Assembly: GCA_963422375.2 (NCBI GenBank)
Contig: OY729428.2
Span: forward strand, 3,008,001 to 3,072,000
DNA: 64,000 nucleotides
Source: Bryobacterales bacterium
GTDB taxonomy: Bacteria > Acidobacteriota > Terriglobia > Bryobacterales > UBA6623
Direction: 5' to 3'
The translations under genes and the position numbers were made by a program. This document shows, in pieces, positions 12,670-24,003 of the stretch; the stretch's first letter is position 1; every line of letters begins with the position of its first letter. Below the pieces are notes generated by a model. That model saw nothing but the letters and a program-made list of their open reading frames with translations, made no database searches and had not been told where the DNA came from.

Positions 12670-13224
12670 TCAGCGCCTAGCGGACGCCAGCGACATCGAG
12701 AGCGAGCCGAGCGAGGCGCGGAGGGACCCGTCGTAGAGCATCGAACCCACCTGCACCGAACTTCCGCTCAGCAAGGCCGGATCGACCACGTAGACGGGGC
12801 GGACCCGCTTGCCGGTCAGCTCGCGGAAGCGCCGCTCCAGCGCGGCCTTCTGGCCGCTGTCGATCTCGCTGGCGACGCGCACTTCGATCTCCACTCGACC
12901 GGCCTCGCGATCGAGCCACGACCGCAAGCCTCGCAGCAGCAAGCCGAAATGCGCGATGCGTCGGTGGTCCAACACGACGTAGAGGAAGTTCCGGACGAGC
13001 CGGTCCATGCCGGTCCGCTCGCCGACGGCCGCGACCAGTTCGCGCTTCTCTCGCGGCGAGACCGCCGGCGAGCGCAGCACGGAACGAAGTTCGTCCGATT
13101 CGTCTAGGAGGTCGCCGAACGCCTGAAGCTGGTCGAAGGCCGTTGCCGGCGCGAGGCCCGAACCGGGGTCGCCGAGAACGTCCGCCAACGCGACGACGTA
13201 GCGATTGGCAACTGCTCGGGTCAT
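12670..13224 (-). CDS. atpH: F1 ATP synthase delta subunit
   Basis: VANRYxxAL start, [20 protein letters not shown] and VDPALLSG...YDGSLR; directly upstream of atpA. Confidence 0.95.
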   Translation of the reverse strand: MTRAVANRYVVALADVLGDPGSGLAPATAFDQLQAFGDLLDESDELRSVLRSPAVSPREKRELVAAVGERTGMDRLVRNFLYVVLDHRRIAHFGLLLRGLRSWLDREAGRVEIEVRVASEIDSGQKAALERRFRELTGKRVRPVYVVDPALLSGSSVQVGSMLYDGSLRASLGSLSMSLASARR

Positions 13225-13593
13225 GCAGGAGAGGACACAGCCGCCGGGGTGCCGGGGGGAACGAACGGCCGTCCGGGACGACGGGCCGGGGCCGCCGCTA
13301 GCCGGGCCCCGGACTCACCCCAAGACCTAACCTAGCACAGGCAGCACCGCGCGCGACGGCCCGCCAAGAGGCGAGCGTCGGCAGCGTCCGCGACGCCCCT
13401 GCATCGCATCCGCGAGCGCCCTGCCGGACCGCGGCCCGTCGACGGGCCTCGCGTATTCAGGCGCGCATCGTCGGACCGGCCGTTACCATCGGCCCTGCTG
13501 CACGTCTATTTCAGGGCAGCCGGATCTCCGGACGGACGCGGCGGCGCAAGCCACTGCCGGCGGTCTCGAGCGGTCCAGTACTAGGGGGCTTCC

Positions 13594-14340
13594 ATGCCCA
13601 AGACGATTCGCACCCAGTCCACGCGACGTAGGTTCCTTCACGCATCGGCGGCGACGGGCGCGTTCTACACGGTGCCGGGGCTGTTCGCGGAGCAACTCGC
13701 CGTCACGCCACGCGCCACCGAGGGGCCGTACTATCCCGACAAGATGCCGCTCGACGCCGACAGCGATCTAATTCTCATCAACGACGCGGCAACGCCGGCG
13801 CTGGGCGAGATCGCCCACGTCACGGGCAAGGTCATGACAACCTCCGGAACGCCGGTGCGCAACGCGATCGTCGAGATCTGGCAGGTGGACGCGAACGGCG
13901 TCTACCTGCACAGCCGGGCGCCCGGGCAGGACCGGCGCGACTCCAACTTCCAAGGCTTCGGGCGGTTCGAAACCGGTTCTACCGGGGAATACCGCTTCCG
14001 GACGATCAAGCCCGTGAACTACAGCTTTGGCGGCGGACGAGTTCCTCACATCCACTACGCAGTCAACCGAAACGGGCACCGCGTGCTGACGACACAGCTG
14101 TTCCTAGAGGGTCACGAGGGCAACGAGCACGACGGAGTAATCCGGCAAGCGCGACGGCAGAACGACAGCGGTATCGACTCGTTGTTCGTGGAGTTCAGGC
14201 CCGTGCCCGGATCGCAGATCGGCGAGCTGGCCGCTTCCTTCGACCTTGTCGTGGGCGACTTCGCGGGCAACGGATCCAGCGCGTCTGACCGGCGTGGCCG
14301 GCGGGGCTACCGCGGAAGAGGATTCGGTCGGCGAGGCTAG
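13594..14340 (+). CDS. Intradiol ring-cleavage dioxygenase-like protein (protocatechuate 3,4-dioxygenase beta-like), Tat signal
   Basis: TRRRFL leader; TEGPYYP, VEIWQVDANGVY, FRTIKP, RVPHIH and LTTQLF motifs. Confidence 0.9.
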   Translation: MPKTIRTQSTRRRFLHASAATGAFYTVPGLFAEQLAVTPRATEGPYYPDKMPLDADSDLILINDAATPALGEIAHVTGKVMTTSGTPVRNAIVEIWQVDANGVYLHSRAPGQDRRDSNFQGFGRFETGSTGEYRFRTIKPVNYSFGGGRVPHIHYAVNRNGHRVLTTQLFLEGHEGNEHDGVIRQARRQNDSGIDSLFVEFRPVPGSQIGELAASFDLVVGDFAGNGSSASDRRGRRGYRGRGFGRRG

Positions 14341-14789
14341 ATGCTGCGGTTTGGTCCGGGGCCCGGTTCCGCCCGCACGCCGTTCTGGAGCTTGCGTTGC
14401 CGCCGCTCTCGTGCTGCGCCCATCCGCACGGGACGAACTGGCCCGAACGAGCCCAGGCGGCCGGACCGACGCGCTAGAGCAGCCAATGCCCTCCCGGGTC
14501 GGCGAACGAACTCTCCCGCGGCCGGAAGCGGGGGAACGGAGCGGGTCGTTGTGGTCCAGAAGGCACCGGAGAAACACCGTGCCCATGCGCTGATCCACCG
14601 ACCCGCGTCGGCACGACAGCGGGCCCGTTCAGTTCGGCCCGGTCCGCCGCAACCGGTCTGGCGGCGCCACGTGAGCACCCGGCAGGACCCGACCGGCCGG
14701 AGACCGCTGGAAGGTCGGGAATCCCGCGGAACGCCGGGTGCGAGAGACCGACGTGATATCGTTGCGAGCGCGCAGCCGGAGGCGCAACG

Positions 14790-16214
14790 ATGACATCAAG
14801 CCCGGTCAGCCGTCGAAACTTCCTCTCAGCAGCGGTGGGAGGGTTGGTAGCAGCCCCTACGGGCTCGGCCCAACCGAGCCCGATCCGACCGAACATCGTA
14901 TTCCTCATGACGGACAACCACCGCTGGGACCTGCTCGGCTGCATGGGCAACAGCGTCATAGGGACGCCCAACATCGACGCCCTAGCCGCCCGCGGCGCGC
15001 GCTTCGCGAACTCCTTCTGCACGACCTCGATCTGCGCCGCGACCCGCGCGAGCATCCTGACCGGAGAATTCCGCCGCGAGCACGGCTATACCTTCACCCT
15101 GCCGCCGCTGAGCCTGCAGCGCTTGGACCGGAGCTACCCGGCCCTTCTGAAGAACGCCGGCTACCGGACCGGATTCGTTGGCAAACTGGGAGTCGAGGTC
15201 GACGGAAGAGCTCCCGAACGCATGTTCGACTTCTACCGGCCTCGCATCGCAAGCTCCACTCGCAATCCCTACTACCGCACCGCTTCCGACGGTAAACTCA
15301 AGCACCTCACGACGATCAACGGCGACGATGCGGTGGAATTCATCCGGGAAAGCCGCCCGGAGCAGCCGTTCTGCCTCTCGGTCAGCTTCAGCGCGCCACA
15401 CCCGGAGGACGACAACCCCCGCCAGTACGTCTACGACAAGCGCTACGAGAGCCTCTACGAAGACGCGGTCATCGCGCCCCCTCCTGTCTCCGACCACAGC
15501 TATTTTCACCGCCTGCCCGGTTTCATCCAAGTGTCGATGAGCCGTCAGCGATGGTTCCGCCGCTTCGACACGCCCGAGAAGTACCAACGCATGATGAAGG
15601 GAATGTACCGCCTGATCACCGGCGTCGACGTGCAAGTCGGACGCATTGTAGACGAACTGAACCAGCGAGGTCTCGCGGACAACACCGTACTTATTTTCAC
15701 CGGCGACAACGGGATCATGATCGGCGAGCAGGGCCTGACTGGAATCTGGCTGATGTACGAAGGATCGATTCGTAAGCCGTTGATCATCGCCGACCCTCGC
15801 CTCGATGGTTCGCGGCGCGGAACGACTGTCGAGGGAATGGCCTTAAGCTTCGATTGCCCTGCAACTATGCTTGACATGGCTGGAGTTGAAGTCCCCGGCG
15901 AGATGCGGGGGCGCAGCCTGATGCCGCTTCTGCGCAGCGACGAAGTCGACTGGCGTTCGGATTTCTTCTACGAGCACCTGTACGAACGCGAGACGATTCC
16001 GAAGAGCGAAGGCGTGAGAACCGAACGCTACAAGTATGTCCGCTACTTCGAGCGGACTCCCGTATACGAGCAACTCTTCGATCTCCAAGAGGATTCGCAC
16101 GAGGTTGCGAACCTAGCCTCGGATCCAGCTGCCGCACGCGTTCTTGCGGAGCTCCGCGACCGCTGCGACCGGCTGCGCGACAGCGTGGGAGGTCCGTACG
16201 TCCGGGGCATGTGA
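14790..16214 (+). CDS. Sulfatase (S1 family), Tat-exported
   Basis: SRRNFL Tat motif; PNIVFLMTD, TPNID, CAATRASILTG, GYRTGFVGK and TGDNG. Confidence 0.93.
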   Translation: MTSSPVSRRNFLSAAVGGLVAAPTGSAQPSPIRPNIVFLMTDNHRWDLLGCMGNSVIGTPNIDALAARGARFANSFCTTSICAATRASILTGEFRREHGYTFTLPPLSLQRLDRSYPALLKNAGYRTGFVGKLGVEVDGRAPERMFDFYRPRIASSTRNPYYRTASDGKLKHLTTINGDDAVEFIRESRPEQPFCLSVSFSAPHPEDDNPRQYVYDKRYESLYEDAVIAPPPVSDHSYFHRLPGFIQVSMSRQRWFRRFDTPEKYQRMMKGMYRLITGVDVQVGRIVDELNQRGLADNTVLIFTGDNGIMIGEQGLTGIWLMYEGSIRKPLIIADPRLDGSRRGTTVEGMALSFDCPATMLDMAGVEVPGEMRGRSLMPLLRSDEVDWRSDFFYEHLYERETIPKSEGVRTERYKYVRYFERTPVYEQLFDLQEDSHEVANLASDPAAARVLAELRDRCDRLRDSVGGPYVRGM

Positions 16215-16523
16215 GCAATTGATCAAGCGCGGACGCCAGCCTCGGCCGATTCGCGCCCGATGCCTGCTCAGACGGCCGGCCAGAGAGCGTGGCGTCGCCA
16301 GGCCCGGGGGCATACGCGTACAGAGCGGGCCTTCGCCGGCTGCCGCCTGTCGAGCTGCGAGCGGTGAGGGAGTCCACGGCTGGAAGCCGCGGCATGTCAG
16401 ATTCCACATCGTGCCGACCGGTAGCGGGCCGGCGAGGGCAGCCCTCCACGAACTGCGGTCGGCCGTGCGGGCCGGCCCGGAAAAGTGTGCCCCGTCCGCT
16501 GTACTGAGAGGCGCAAAAGTCTT

Positions 16524-17557
16524 CCTGATTACCCACAAGACTCAGCCAAGGTTAGGAGGCGGTAAGGCATGGGCGGGGTGCGCACGGAGGCGTGGAGCAG
16601 GCGGGGGACCAGCGCCTCCGGATCGTAGCGGCGGTTGAAGCGGTAGCGGAACTCGGCGAGGTACCACGGCAGGTGCTTGCCGTCGAGCGCATGGCAGGTT
16701 CCCGCCAGGGACTGCTTGACGTTCGCCAGCATCGTGTTGACCCGGACGTTGACCCGGACGAAGCGGGAATCCCCGCAGCTCCGCTGCCCGCCTCCGGTGA
16801 CGGTCGGCACGTGCTCGCAGCCGGCGTCGGCCACGCCCCGCAAGCAGGCCGGGCCGTCGGAATGCACCTCCGTGCCGGGCTGCAAGTGCCGCCCGGCCCA
16901 CGCTGCCAGCGTCTTCTTGCGCAAGCCCGCCACGCTGCTCAGGCGCATCCTTTCCGTTCCGGCTGGCCGGCGGCGCTGACCTGCACGGCGGCGACGAACG
17001 GCGTCTTGCCCGCCGCTCCCCGCCCCACTCCCCGCCCCGGTAGGCGTCGTCCACTTGCACGATGCCGCCCGGCGGCACGCGCTCGTCGCGCTCCTTCAGC
17101 ACTTGCAGGAGCTTGTGCTTCATCTTCCAAGCCGTGTTCCGGCTCACGCCCAGCTGCCGCGCCAGTTCCAGCGACGAAACGCCGTGCTGGCCCTGCGTCA
17201 GCAGGTGGATCGCCAGCAACCGGACGGTCAGCGGCAGCTGGCTGGCGGCGCAGATCGTGCCGGCGACGAGGGAGCTCTGGCGGTGGCAGGCATGGCACTG
17301 CCAGAGCTTGCGGGAGCGGATGCGGCAGTGCCGGCGGGAGCCGCACTCCGGGCAGCGGAAGCCGTCCGGCCAGCGGGCGTTGCAGACGGCCTGCTCGCAT
17401 GGCCCCTCGCTGCCGTAGCGCTGCAGGAACTTGCCCGGGCTGAGTCCCTTCTGGCATTGCACGCGATTGCGTTTCAGCTGCTAGCCCCTTTCCTGTCAGA
17501 GATTTCCGACCTCCTTCAGTATAGCATATCCTCGGCTGAAGTTCGTTGGTAATCAGG
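16524..17557 (-). mobile_element. IS1595-family insertion sequence, type B copy 1 (1034 bp)
   Basis: Imperfect 24-bp IRs starting CCTGATTACC at both ends; 8-bp TSD AAAGTCTT (16516-16523, 17558-17565); highly similar to the copies at 39437 and 58746. Confidence 0.96.
16529..17477 (-). pseudogene. IS1595 transposase, frameshifted
   Basis: Split over ORFs 16542-17462 and 16529-16948. The ATG of copy 2 is CTG here. Relative to copy 3 it has 5-bp and 12-bp duplications and a 28-bp deletion. Confidence 0.92.
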
Positions 17558-17835
17558 AAAGTCTTTTCCCAAGATACGGGCCATACTCAGTCGACTTCGG
17601 ATTCAGGCTGTCATCATAGCAGCCCAGAGATAGAGTCTTGAATTCTCGAACTTAGGCCTGCATATTGTGATATACCGTAACTGTCTACACATTATATTGC
17701 GTACTCGAATTTGGAAGGCCTCCTTCTTAGCAGACTGCTTGGGAACCCAGTTGCCAGTACATTCTGGCCTGGCCGATCCGAAAAGACTCTTGCGCCCCTC
17801 AGTACTGGGGTATTGTTGGCACAGGTGGACCAACC

Positions 17836-19875
17836 GTGAACTCCTCGTCATGCCTGCTCTCCGTTCCTAGTGCCACGCTCGTTCTCGCATGCCTCTCTGG
17901 CTGCGTCCAGCCTCGGACTAGCAACGCCCCGAGCTGGGCCGACCGCTCCAGAGACGGACTCCTGGAGTACCTTGCCGAGGAAGCCCGCGCCATCACGGAT
18001 CGCGCCGTCCAAGAGTCCGCTTCGCGGGAGTCGTGGGAGGCTGTCCGCGACCGGCGGCGGGAGGAACTCGAGGAGATGCTGGGTGTCGGACCCGACCGCC
18101 CGAGGACACCTCTGAACGCAAGGATCGCAGGCCGGATCGAGCGTGACGGGTACACGGTCGAGAGGATCGCGTTCGAGAGCATGCCCAGGATCTACGTGAC
18201 CGCCAATCTGTACTTGCCGACCGACCAAGGCGGCCCGGTTCCAGGGGTGGTCTACGTGTGCGGCCACGCGTTCTCCCCCCACGGGGCCAAGACCTCGTAC
18301 CAGCGTCACGGGCACACCCTCGCACGGCACGGCTACGCGGCAATGGTCCTCGATCCGATTCAAATCGCCGAGACCGTCGGCCTGCATCACGGGGTCCTCA
18401 ACCAAGAGATGTACGAGTGGTACTCCCGTGCCTACAGCCCTGCGGGACTGGAAGTCTGGAATGCAATCCGCGCCCTGGACTACTTGGAGACCCGCGCGGA
18501 GGTCGACAGCGACCGCTTCGCCATCACCGGACGATCAGGCGGTGCCGCCATGAGCTGGTTCACGGCGTCGGTCGAGCCGCGCATCAAGGCCGCGATCCCG
18601 ATCATGGGAATCGGCACCTACGCGGTCAGCGTGCCGGACAATACCCAGCGTCGGCATTGCGACTGCATGTATCCGGTCAACTTCCGGCAGCACGACATGA
18701 TCCACCTCGGGGCGCTGATCGCGCCGCGACCGCTATTCACCGCGCACGGACGCACGGACGCGCTGTTTCCCGTTCCCGGCTACGAGCAGTTTGAAGCGGC
18801 GATGTCGTCCCTCTACGCTTCGTACGGCGTGCCGGAGCAGTTCAGGAACCTCGTGGTCGAGAGCGGGCACGAGGACTCGGATCTGCTGCGAGCCGAGGCG
18901 GTTCATTGGCTGGACCGCTGGCTGGCCGGTCGCGAGCCGCGAGAAGTCGATACGAGCTTCGAGGAGATCGAAGCCTCCGAGCTGGCGGTCTTCGGCGGCC
19001 AGCCCCCCGCCGACGCCCGCAACTACCTAGCCCACGAATTCTTCATTCCGGAGTCCGAACGCGTCGACTGGACGGAGGGGAACAATTGGGACGAACGCCG
19101 CGGAAGGCTGCTGGAAGCGCTGAAGGGCTCCGTGCTGCAAGCGATTCCCAGAGAAATCCCCGTTCCGGCTACCCGATCCGGGCAACTCGAAGTTCCTCCG
19201 GGCTTCGAGTCGATCCAATTTGACTTCGATAGCCGCGTACCGGTCGAGGCGATGCTCCGCGTGCCGGACGAACCGAGCGGCCCGGCCCTGCTGCACGTCG
19301 CCGCCCCCGGAGAGGACCCCGAGGCCGTCCGGAGACTCCTGCGGAGCCTAGCCAACTTCGGGAGCAATCCGGTCCTCGTGGTATATCCCCCCGGCACGGG
19401 TACGGGGACGTGGCCCAAGTCCGAATGGAAGATGCTCCTGCGCAACGCAATGCAGACCGGGCGGACGGTCGACACCGTGCGAATCGGAAGCGTGCTAACG
19501 GCCGTGAAGGTGTTGCGCAATCGTGCCGGGGCCGACCGCCCGGTCGGCATCAGCGGCATAGGCCCGGCGGCCGGATGGGCGCTGTACGCGGCCGCGCTCG
19601 ACGAGTCGATCGCTCAGGCGATTCTGCTCGGCGCGCCTGCTTCGACCGCCGACGGGCCGGTCCTGCTGGGCGCGCTGCGTCACGCGGATCTGCCCGATAT
19701 CGCGGCGCTGGTGGCTCCGAGACGCCTGACGTTCTACGGCGGGATGCCGCGGGAGTATGAGCGCACGCGGCGAGTCTACGAGGGATTGGGAGCGGGCGAG
19801 CGGATCAGCATCTCGATGAGCCTAGGTGCCGCCCTGAACGGTCGATTCGGTCACGGCTACTCGATCGGGCTGTAG
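17836..19875 (+). CDS. Alpha/beta-hydrolase lipoprotein (acetylxylan esterase-like, two domains)
   Basis: Lipobox-like LSGC; GYTVERIAFES...VTANLYLP, VCGH, RALDYL and nucleophile elbow TGRSGGA. Confidence 0.85.
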   Translation: MNSSSCLLSVPSATLVLACLSGCVQPRTSNAPSWADRSRDGLLEYLAEEARAITDRAVQESASRESWEAVRDRRREELEEMLGVGPDRPRTPLNARIAGRIERDGYTVERIAFESMPRIYVTANLYLPTDQGGPVPGVVYVCGHAFSPHGAKTSYQRHGHTLARHGYAAMVLDPIQIAETVGLHHGVLNQEMYEWYSRAYSPAGLEVWNAIRALDYLETRAEVDSDRFAITGRSGGAAMSWFTASVEPRIKAAIPIMGIGTYAVSVPDNTQRRHCDCMYPVNFRQHDMIHLGALIAPRPLFTAHGRTDALFPVPGYEQFEAAMSSLYASYGVPEQFRNLVVESGHEDSDLLRAEAVHWLDRWLAGREPREVDTSFEEIEASELAVFGGQPPADARNYLAHEFFIPESERVDWTEGNNWDERRGRLLEALKGSVLQAIPREIPVPATRSGQLEVPPGFESIQFDFDSRVPVEAMLRVPDEPSGPALLHVAAPGEDPEAVRRLLRSLANFGSNPVLVVYPPGTGTGTWPKSEWKMLLRNAMQTGRTVDTVRIGSVLTAVKVLRNRAGADRPVGISGIGPAAGWALYAAALDESIAQAILLGAPASTADGPVLLGALRHADLPDIAALVAPRRLTFYGGMPREYERTRRVYEGLGAGERISISMSLGAALNGRFGHGYSIGL

Positions 19876-20061
19876 GCAGAGCCGCGGGCCGACTTGTAGT
19901 CGCCTAGCCCCGAGAGCGCAGAGCACAGGTCGATCCGGTCGATCGCGAACTCGCACCGTTGCGCTGGCATGCCGCCCGCCCTGGCGGATGCAGCCCCGTA
20001 CGAGATCCATGGCGCTCGGACGCGACCCGGATTCGACGGCCGCGCGGCGCAGGCATTCCCG

Positions 20062-23000
20062 CTAGAACTCGATACGCAAGCCCATCTGCATGATCCTCGG
20101 GCCCGTCAGGGTGTTGATTTCGCCGACCGTCCCGCTGGTCACCTGGCCAACCGGATTGGTGAGATTCGCGTGATTGAGCGAGTTGAACATCTCCCAGCGG
20201 TATTGCAGCTTCAGCTTCTCCGACAGATCGAAGTTCTTGAAGACGCCTAGATCGAGGTTCCAGTCGCCGGGGCTGATCATCGAGTTTCGTCCGAGGTTGC
20301 CGAAGTGACCGGACTGCGGCAGCGCGTAGGCGTCGGCATTGAACCAAGGCCCTCCGCCGACGATGTTTCCGCGGCTGCGGTTGATCCCCGACAGAGGGTC
20401 GCCCACCAAGTTGGGCCGCTGGCCCCCGCCGATGGTGGTTCCGGCGATGTCGCGACCGTGGTAGATGTTCACGGGATCGCCCGACTGGACCGAGTAGATG
20501 CCGTTGATCTGCCAGCCGCCCAGAAACCACCGGCCGGGCCCGCTGCTGGCGGGAGACGGAATGTCCCATACGAACGAGGTCACCATGCGGTGCGCGTGAT
20601 GGAAGTTCGCCAAGGCCTTGTCGGCATCCAAGTCCTCGAGATTCTGCGGGTTGAACTGATCGTTCGTGGCGAAGAGGTCCGTCGTCTTCGACCACGTGTA
20701 GTGGGTCAGCACAGTGAAGCCCCGGCTCATGCGCTTGTTTAGGGTGAACTGGAAGGCATTGTAGTTGCTGTAGGCCACGGACTGGTACTCGCGGATCGCG
20801 GTGAAGTCGCCGTGCGGCCGCACGTTAGGGCGGCCGCTGCTCTTCGCCGGCTTGACGTTGATGTCAAGCACGAGCGGCAGATTCGCGGCCTTCGACCCGA
20901 TATAGGCCGCGGTGATCAGAATCCTGTGCGGCAGCTCCCGCTGCACGTTGAGGTTCCACTGCTGGCTGTAGCCCGCGACTAGTTCGGGGCTCACACTCCG
21001 ACCGAACAGGATCGGCGTCACGAAGTCGAACGCCTTGCGGTCGGCGTCGCTGCGCGGCGGGCTGAACGGAAACGGATTGACGCGCCCCCGAAATGGCTCG
21101 TCGAACGTGGCCCCGGTCGAGTTGATGTCCCCTTGGCGCCTGTCGAACTGCATCGAGAACGGCGGGTTGTTCACGAACTGGCTGAGCGAGTGGAACGACG
21201 GCATGTCGTAGAAGAGGCCGAAGCCGGCACGAATCGCGGTCTTGGCGTCGGACGTAGGCTGCCATGCAAGGCCGACTCGCGGCGCGAAATTGTTCCAGTC
21301 CTTGGGCGCCCCGCCGCGCGGAACGTCGGGGTCGCTGGCATACAGGATGCCGGGCGGGGCCTGCGGGAACGAAGGCGACCGCTCGCCCGGGCTGAAGACC
21401 GACAGCTCGTCGTCGGCCGAGTGGAATTGATGATACGGTTCCCAGCGGAGTCCCATGCTTACCGTCAGGTTCGGCAGCACCTTCCAGTCGTCCTGGAAGT
21501 AGAGATTCGAGCCGATGTTCCTGATGCGGTTGATCCGCAGCGACCCCATGACGAAGCGCGACGGGAAGCCCAGAAAGAAGTCTCCGAGGCTGTTGTTCGT
21601 GCGGTTCCCGTTGAAGGTGAACTGCGGGTCGACCCGGTTATTCGTCAGGCGGTCGCTCTTGGACCAGCGGTAGTCGCCGCCGAACTTGATCATGTGCCCC
21701 CCGCGGGTCCACGACATGTCGTAGACGGCGTGGTAGGTCTGGCGGTCGGTGTCGAGCACGTTGACTTGGCCCAGGTTCCAGTAGCCGGTGACCCGTCCGC
21801 GCCACGTCACGGCCTGTTCCTCCGGGCTGACCGGGGCCGCTCGCTGCGCGTTCACGCCGAGGGCCTCGTACGTCGCGACCTGGCCGTCGAGCATCACCGG
21901 ATTGCCGCCGCGCAGCTGGTCTACCTCGTTCCAAGTGAACCGCCCCACGCCGAGCAGCGCCGGAGTGACGGTCCACGTATGCGACCCCTGCAGGTTCCAG
22001 TTCTTGAACCCCTCGTTCTGCGTCAGGGTGGGGACGTTGGCCGCGCGGAAGCGGTCGTCCACGTTGCGGAACAGCCGCAAGGTGGCGCGCTGCATGCCAG
22101 TGATCTGGTGGTCGACCCGCGCGATGTGCTGGTCGCGGTCGGGGTTGTCGGGCCGGTTGAACCCGATCCGTCCGAGGAGAGTGCCGTCGCTACGCTGCGT
22201 GACGACGTTGGCGTTCGGAATCAGCGCCTTGAGGTAGCTCGGCGCGACATGGTTCCAGCGCCCCTGCGGGATCACCGCGTTCGGAAAGGCGGCCTTGGTG
22301 TCGGGATCGTTCGGAGGCCTGCGGGACTGCGAGAAGTCGGCTCCGCGCTCGAGATCGGTGGCGACGTTGTGCAGGAATGCCTGAGCCTGGCGCGTCCGCG
22401 TCCCTTCGTAAGCGTAGAAGTAAAACGTCCGGTTCCTGACGACCGGCCCGCCGACCGTGGCGCCGAACTGGTTGCGGCGGAGCTTGCCCTTCTGGACGCC
22501 GGAGCGGTTGGCGTCGAAGCTGCTCGCGTCCATCGCGTCGTTGCGCAGGAAGTTGAAAGCGCTCCCGTGGACCTCGTTCGTGCCCGACTTGGTCACGGCG
22601 TTGATCACGCCGCCCATCGCGCCGCCGTGCTCGGCCGAAAAGTTCTGCGTCTGGATGCTGAACTCCTCGAGCGAGTCCGGATTGGGCACAATCATCGGCG
22701 CACCGCCTTGGTGGTCGTTGTTGTCGCCGCCGTCGAGCATGTAGTTGTTCGATTGCGCCCGGGCGCCGTTGACGCTAAAACCTCCGAACTGGGAGATCAC
22801 CCCGCCCGGCCCCGTGTTGACGCCGGGAACGAGCATGATGAGCTGGATGGGGTTGCGCCCGTTCAGGGGCAGCTCGGTGATACGGCGCTCGTCGATGATC
22901 TCGGTCAGGGTGGCGTTCGAGGTCTCGACTTGGGCGACGGCGCCCTCGACGGTCACCACCTCGGTCACCTGGCCGATCTCGAGCGTCGCCGTGACCTGAC

Positions 23001-23298
23001 GGCTCTGGTCGGCGTCAAGCCGGAACGTGCCGGACGAGAACGTCCGGAACCCGTCGCTCCGCACTTCGACGCGGTAGTCACCCACCGGCATGCGCGGGAA
23101 CGTAAAACGCCCCTGCGGATCGGTTTCCGCGGTCTGTTCGATCCCGGTCAGCTCGTTGGTAGCACGCACCTCGGCGCTAGGGACGACCGCTCCGGAGGCG
23201 TCCTGGGCCGTCCCGAGAATTAACCCAGTGGCCTGTCCCAAGAGCACCGCGGGCAAGGCCAAGCCAAGAAGCAGCGCGCACTGCAGTCCGATTCGCAT
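20062..23298 (-). CDS. TonB-dependent receptor, Oar-like with carboxypeptidase-regulatory N-domain
   Basis: Signal peptide, GTAQDASGAVVPSAEV, ELPLNGRN, VTKSGTN, NQFGATVGGP, NNFAPRVGLAW and C-terminal GPRIMQMGLRIEF. Confidence 0.95.
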   Translation of the reverse strand: MRIGLQCALLLGLALPAVLLGQATGLILGTAQDASGAVVPSAEVRATNELTGIEQTAETDPQGRFTFPRMPVGDYRVEVRSDGFRTFSSGTFRLDADQSRQVTATLEIGQVTEVVTVEGAVAQVETSNATLTEIIDERRITELPLNGRNPIQLIMLVPGVNTGPGGVISQFGGFSVNGARAQSNNYMLDGGDNNDHQGGAPMIVPNPDSLEEFSIQTQNFSAEHGGAMGGVINAVTKSGTNEVHGSAFNFLRNDAMDASSFDANRSGVQKGKLRRNQFGATVGGPVVRNRTFYFYAYEGTRTRQAQAFLHNVATDLERGADFSQSRRPPNDPDTKAAFPNAVIPQGRWNHVAPSYLKALIPNANVVTQRSDGTLLGRIGFNRPDNPDRDQHIARVDHQITGMQRATLRLFRNVDDRFRAANVPTLTQNEGFKNWNLQGSHTWTVTPALLGVGRFTWNEVDQLRGGNPVMLDGQVATYEALGVNAQRAAPVSPEEQAVTWRGRVTGYWNLGQVNVLDTDRQTYHAVYDMSWTRGGHMIKFGGDYRWSKSDRLTNNRVDPQFTFNGNRTNNSLGDFFLGFPSRFVMGSLRINRIRNIGSNLYFQDDWKVLPNLTVSMGLRWEPYHQFHSADDELSVFSPGERSPSFPQAPPGILYASDPDVPRGGAPKDWNNFAPRVGLAWQPTSDAKTAIRAGFGLFYDMPSFHSLSQFVNNPPFSMQFDRRQGDINSTGATFDEPFRGRVNPFPFSPPRSDADRKAFDFVTPILFGRSVSPELVAGYSQQWNLNVQRELPHRILITAAYIGSKAANLPLVLDINVKPAKSSGRPNVRPHGDFTAIREYQSVAYSNYNAFQFTLNKRMSRGFTVLTHYTWSKTTDLFATNDQFNPQNLEDLDADKALANFHHAHRMVTSFVWDIPSPASSGPGRWFLGGWQINGIYSVQSGDPVNIYHGRDIAGTTIGGGQRPNLVGDPLSGINRSRGNIVGGGPWFNADAYALPQSGHFGNLGRNSMISPGDWNLDLGVFKNFDLSEKLKLQYRWEMFNSLNHANLTNPVGQVTSGTVGEINTLTGPRIMQMGLRIEF

Positions 23299-24003
23299 TA
23301 TGCTAGCCCTCTCTCTTTCTTGGGCGGCAAGCCCGTGTACGGGTCTCGGCCGCCGCCTGCGGGAAGTCTCGGGATCAGCGTCATCGGAGTGGCCCCACGC
23401 TTGCGCAACACGAAGCCCTGCCTCCGCGACCTACTGTGCTCTGCCCGACGGTCTCGCGTCCGCCCGCCATCTCCCCCTATGTCTCGGCGGTGCGCCGACC
23501 GGGCAGGTTACGCTCCGGAAAGCCCTGCTGACCGAGCGTTGTCGCACACCCTAGTCCGAGACATTACCTCGGTTGCTGGCCGATTTGGATTGATTCCAGG
23601 CTAGACTCCCCCGGCCTGCCCGGCCAAGCCGAGCGCTTCGAGAGTGCCCGCGTGGCGGGCCGCACCCGTCCAGCACCCCGCCATGTGATCCGACGGCCGC
23701 GAGGGGACGGTTGTGACCGTGCAGTCTGGCGCCTCCGGCTCCCGCTATCGCTCGGCGGCGGACCGTGGCGCACTCCTAGGGTGACCAGCTGGTGCGGGGA
23801 GGGAGAGACGGCCGCGCCGCGACGCCGATGCACTGAAGGAAGCCCGCGGATGCCGGCGCTTCTCGCTTATCAGCGTCCGCAGAAAGGGCGGAACCCGCGT
23901 CGAGAGGGCAATCGCCTCAGGTTTCAACGATGACCGAGACGGGTCCAGTGTCGCCGAGTCGGCGATTCCCGTTGCCTCCCCCTGCTACTGCTACATTGCG
24001 GGA

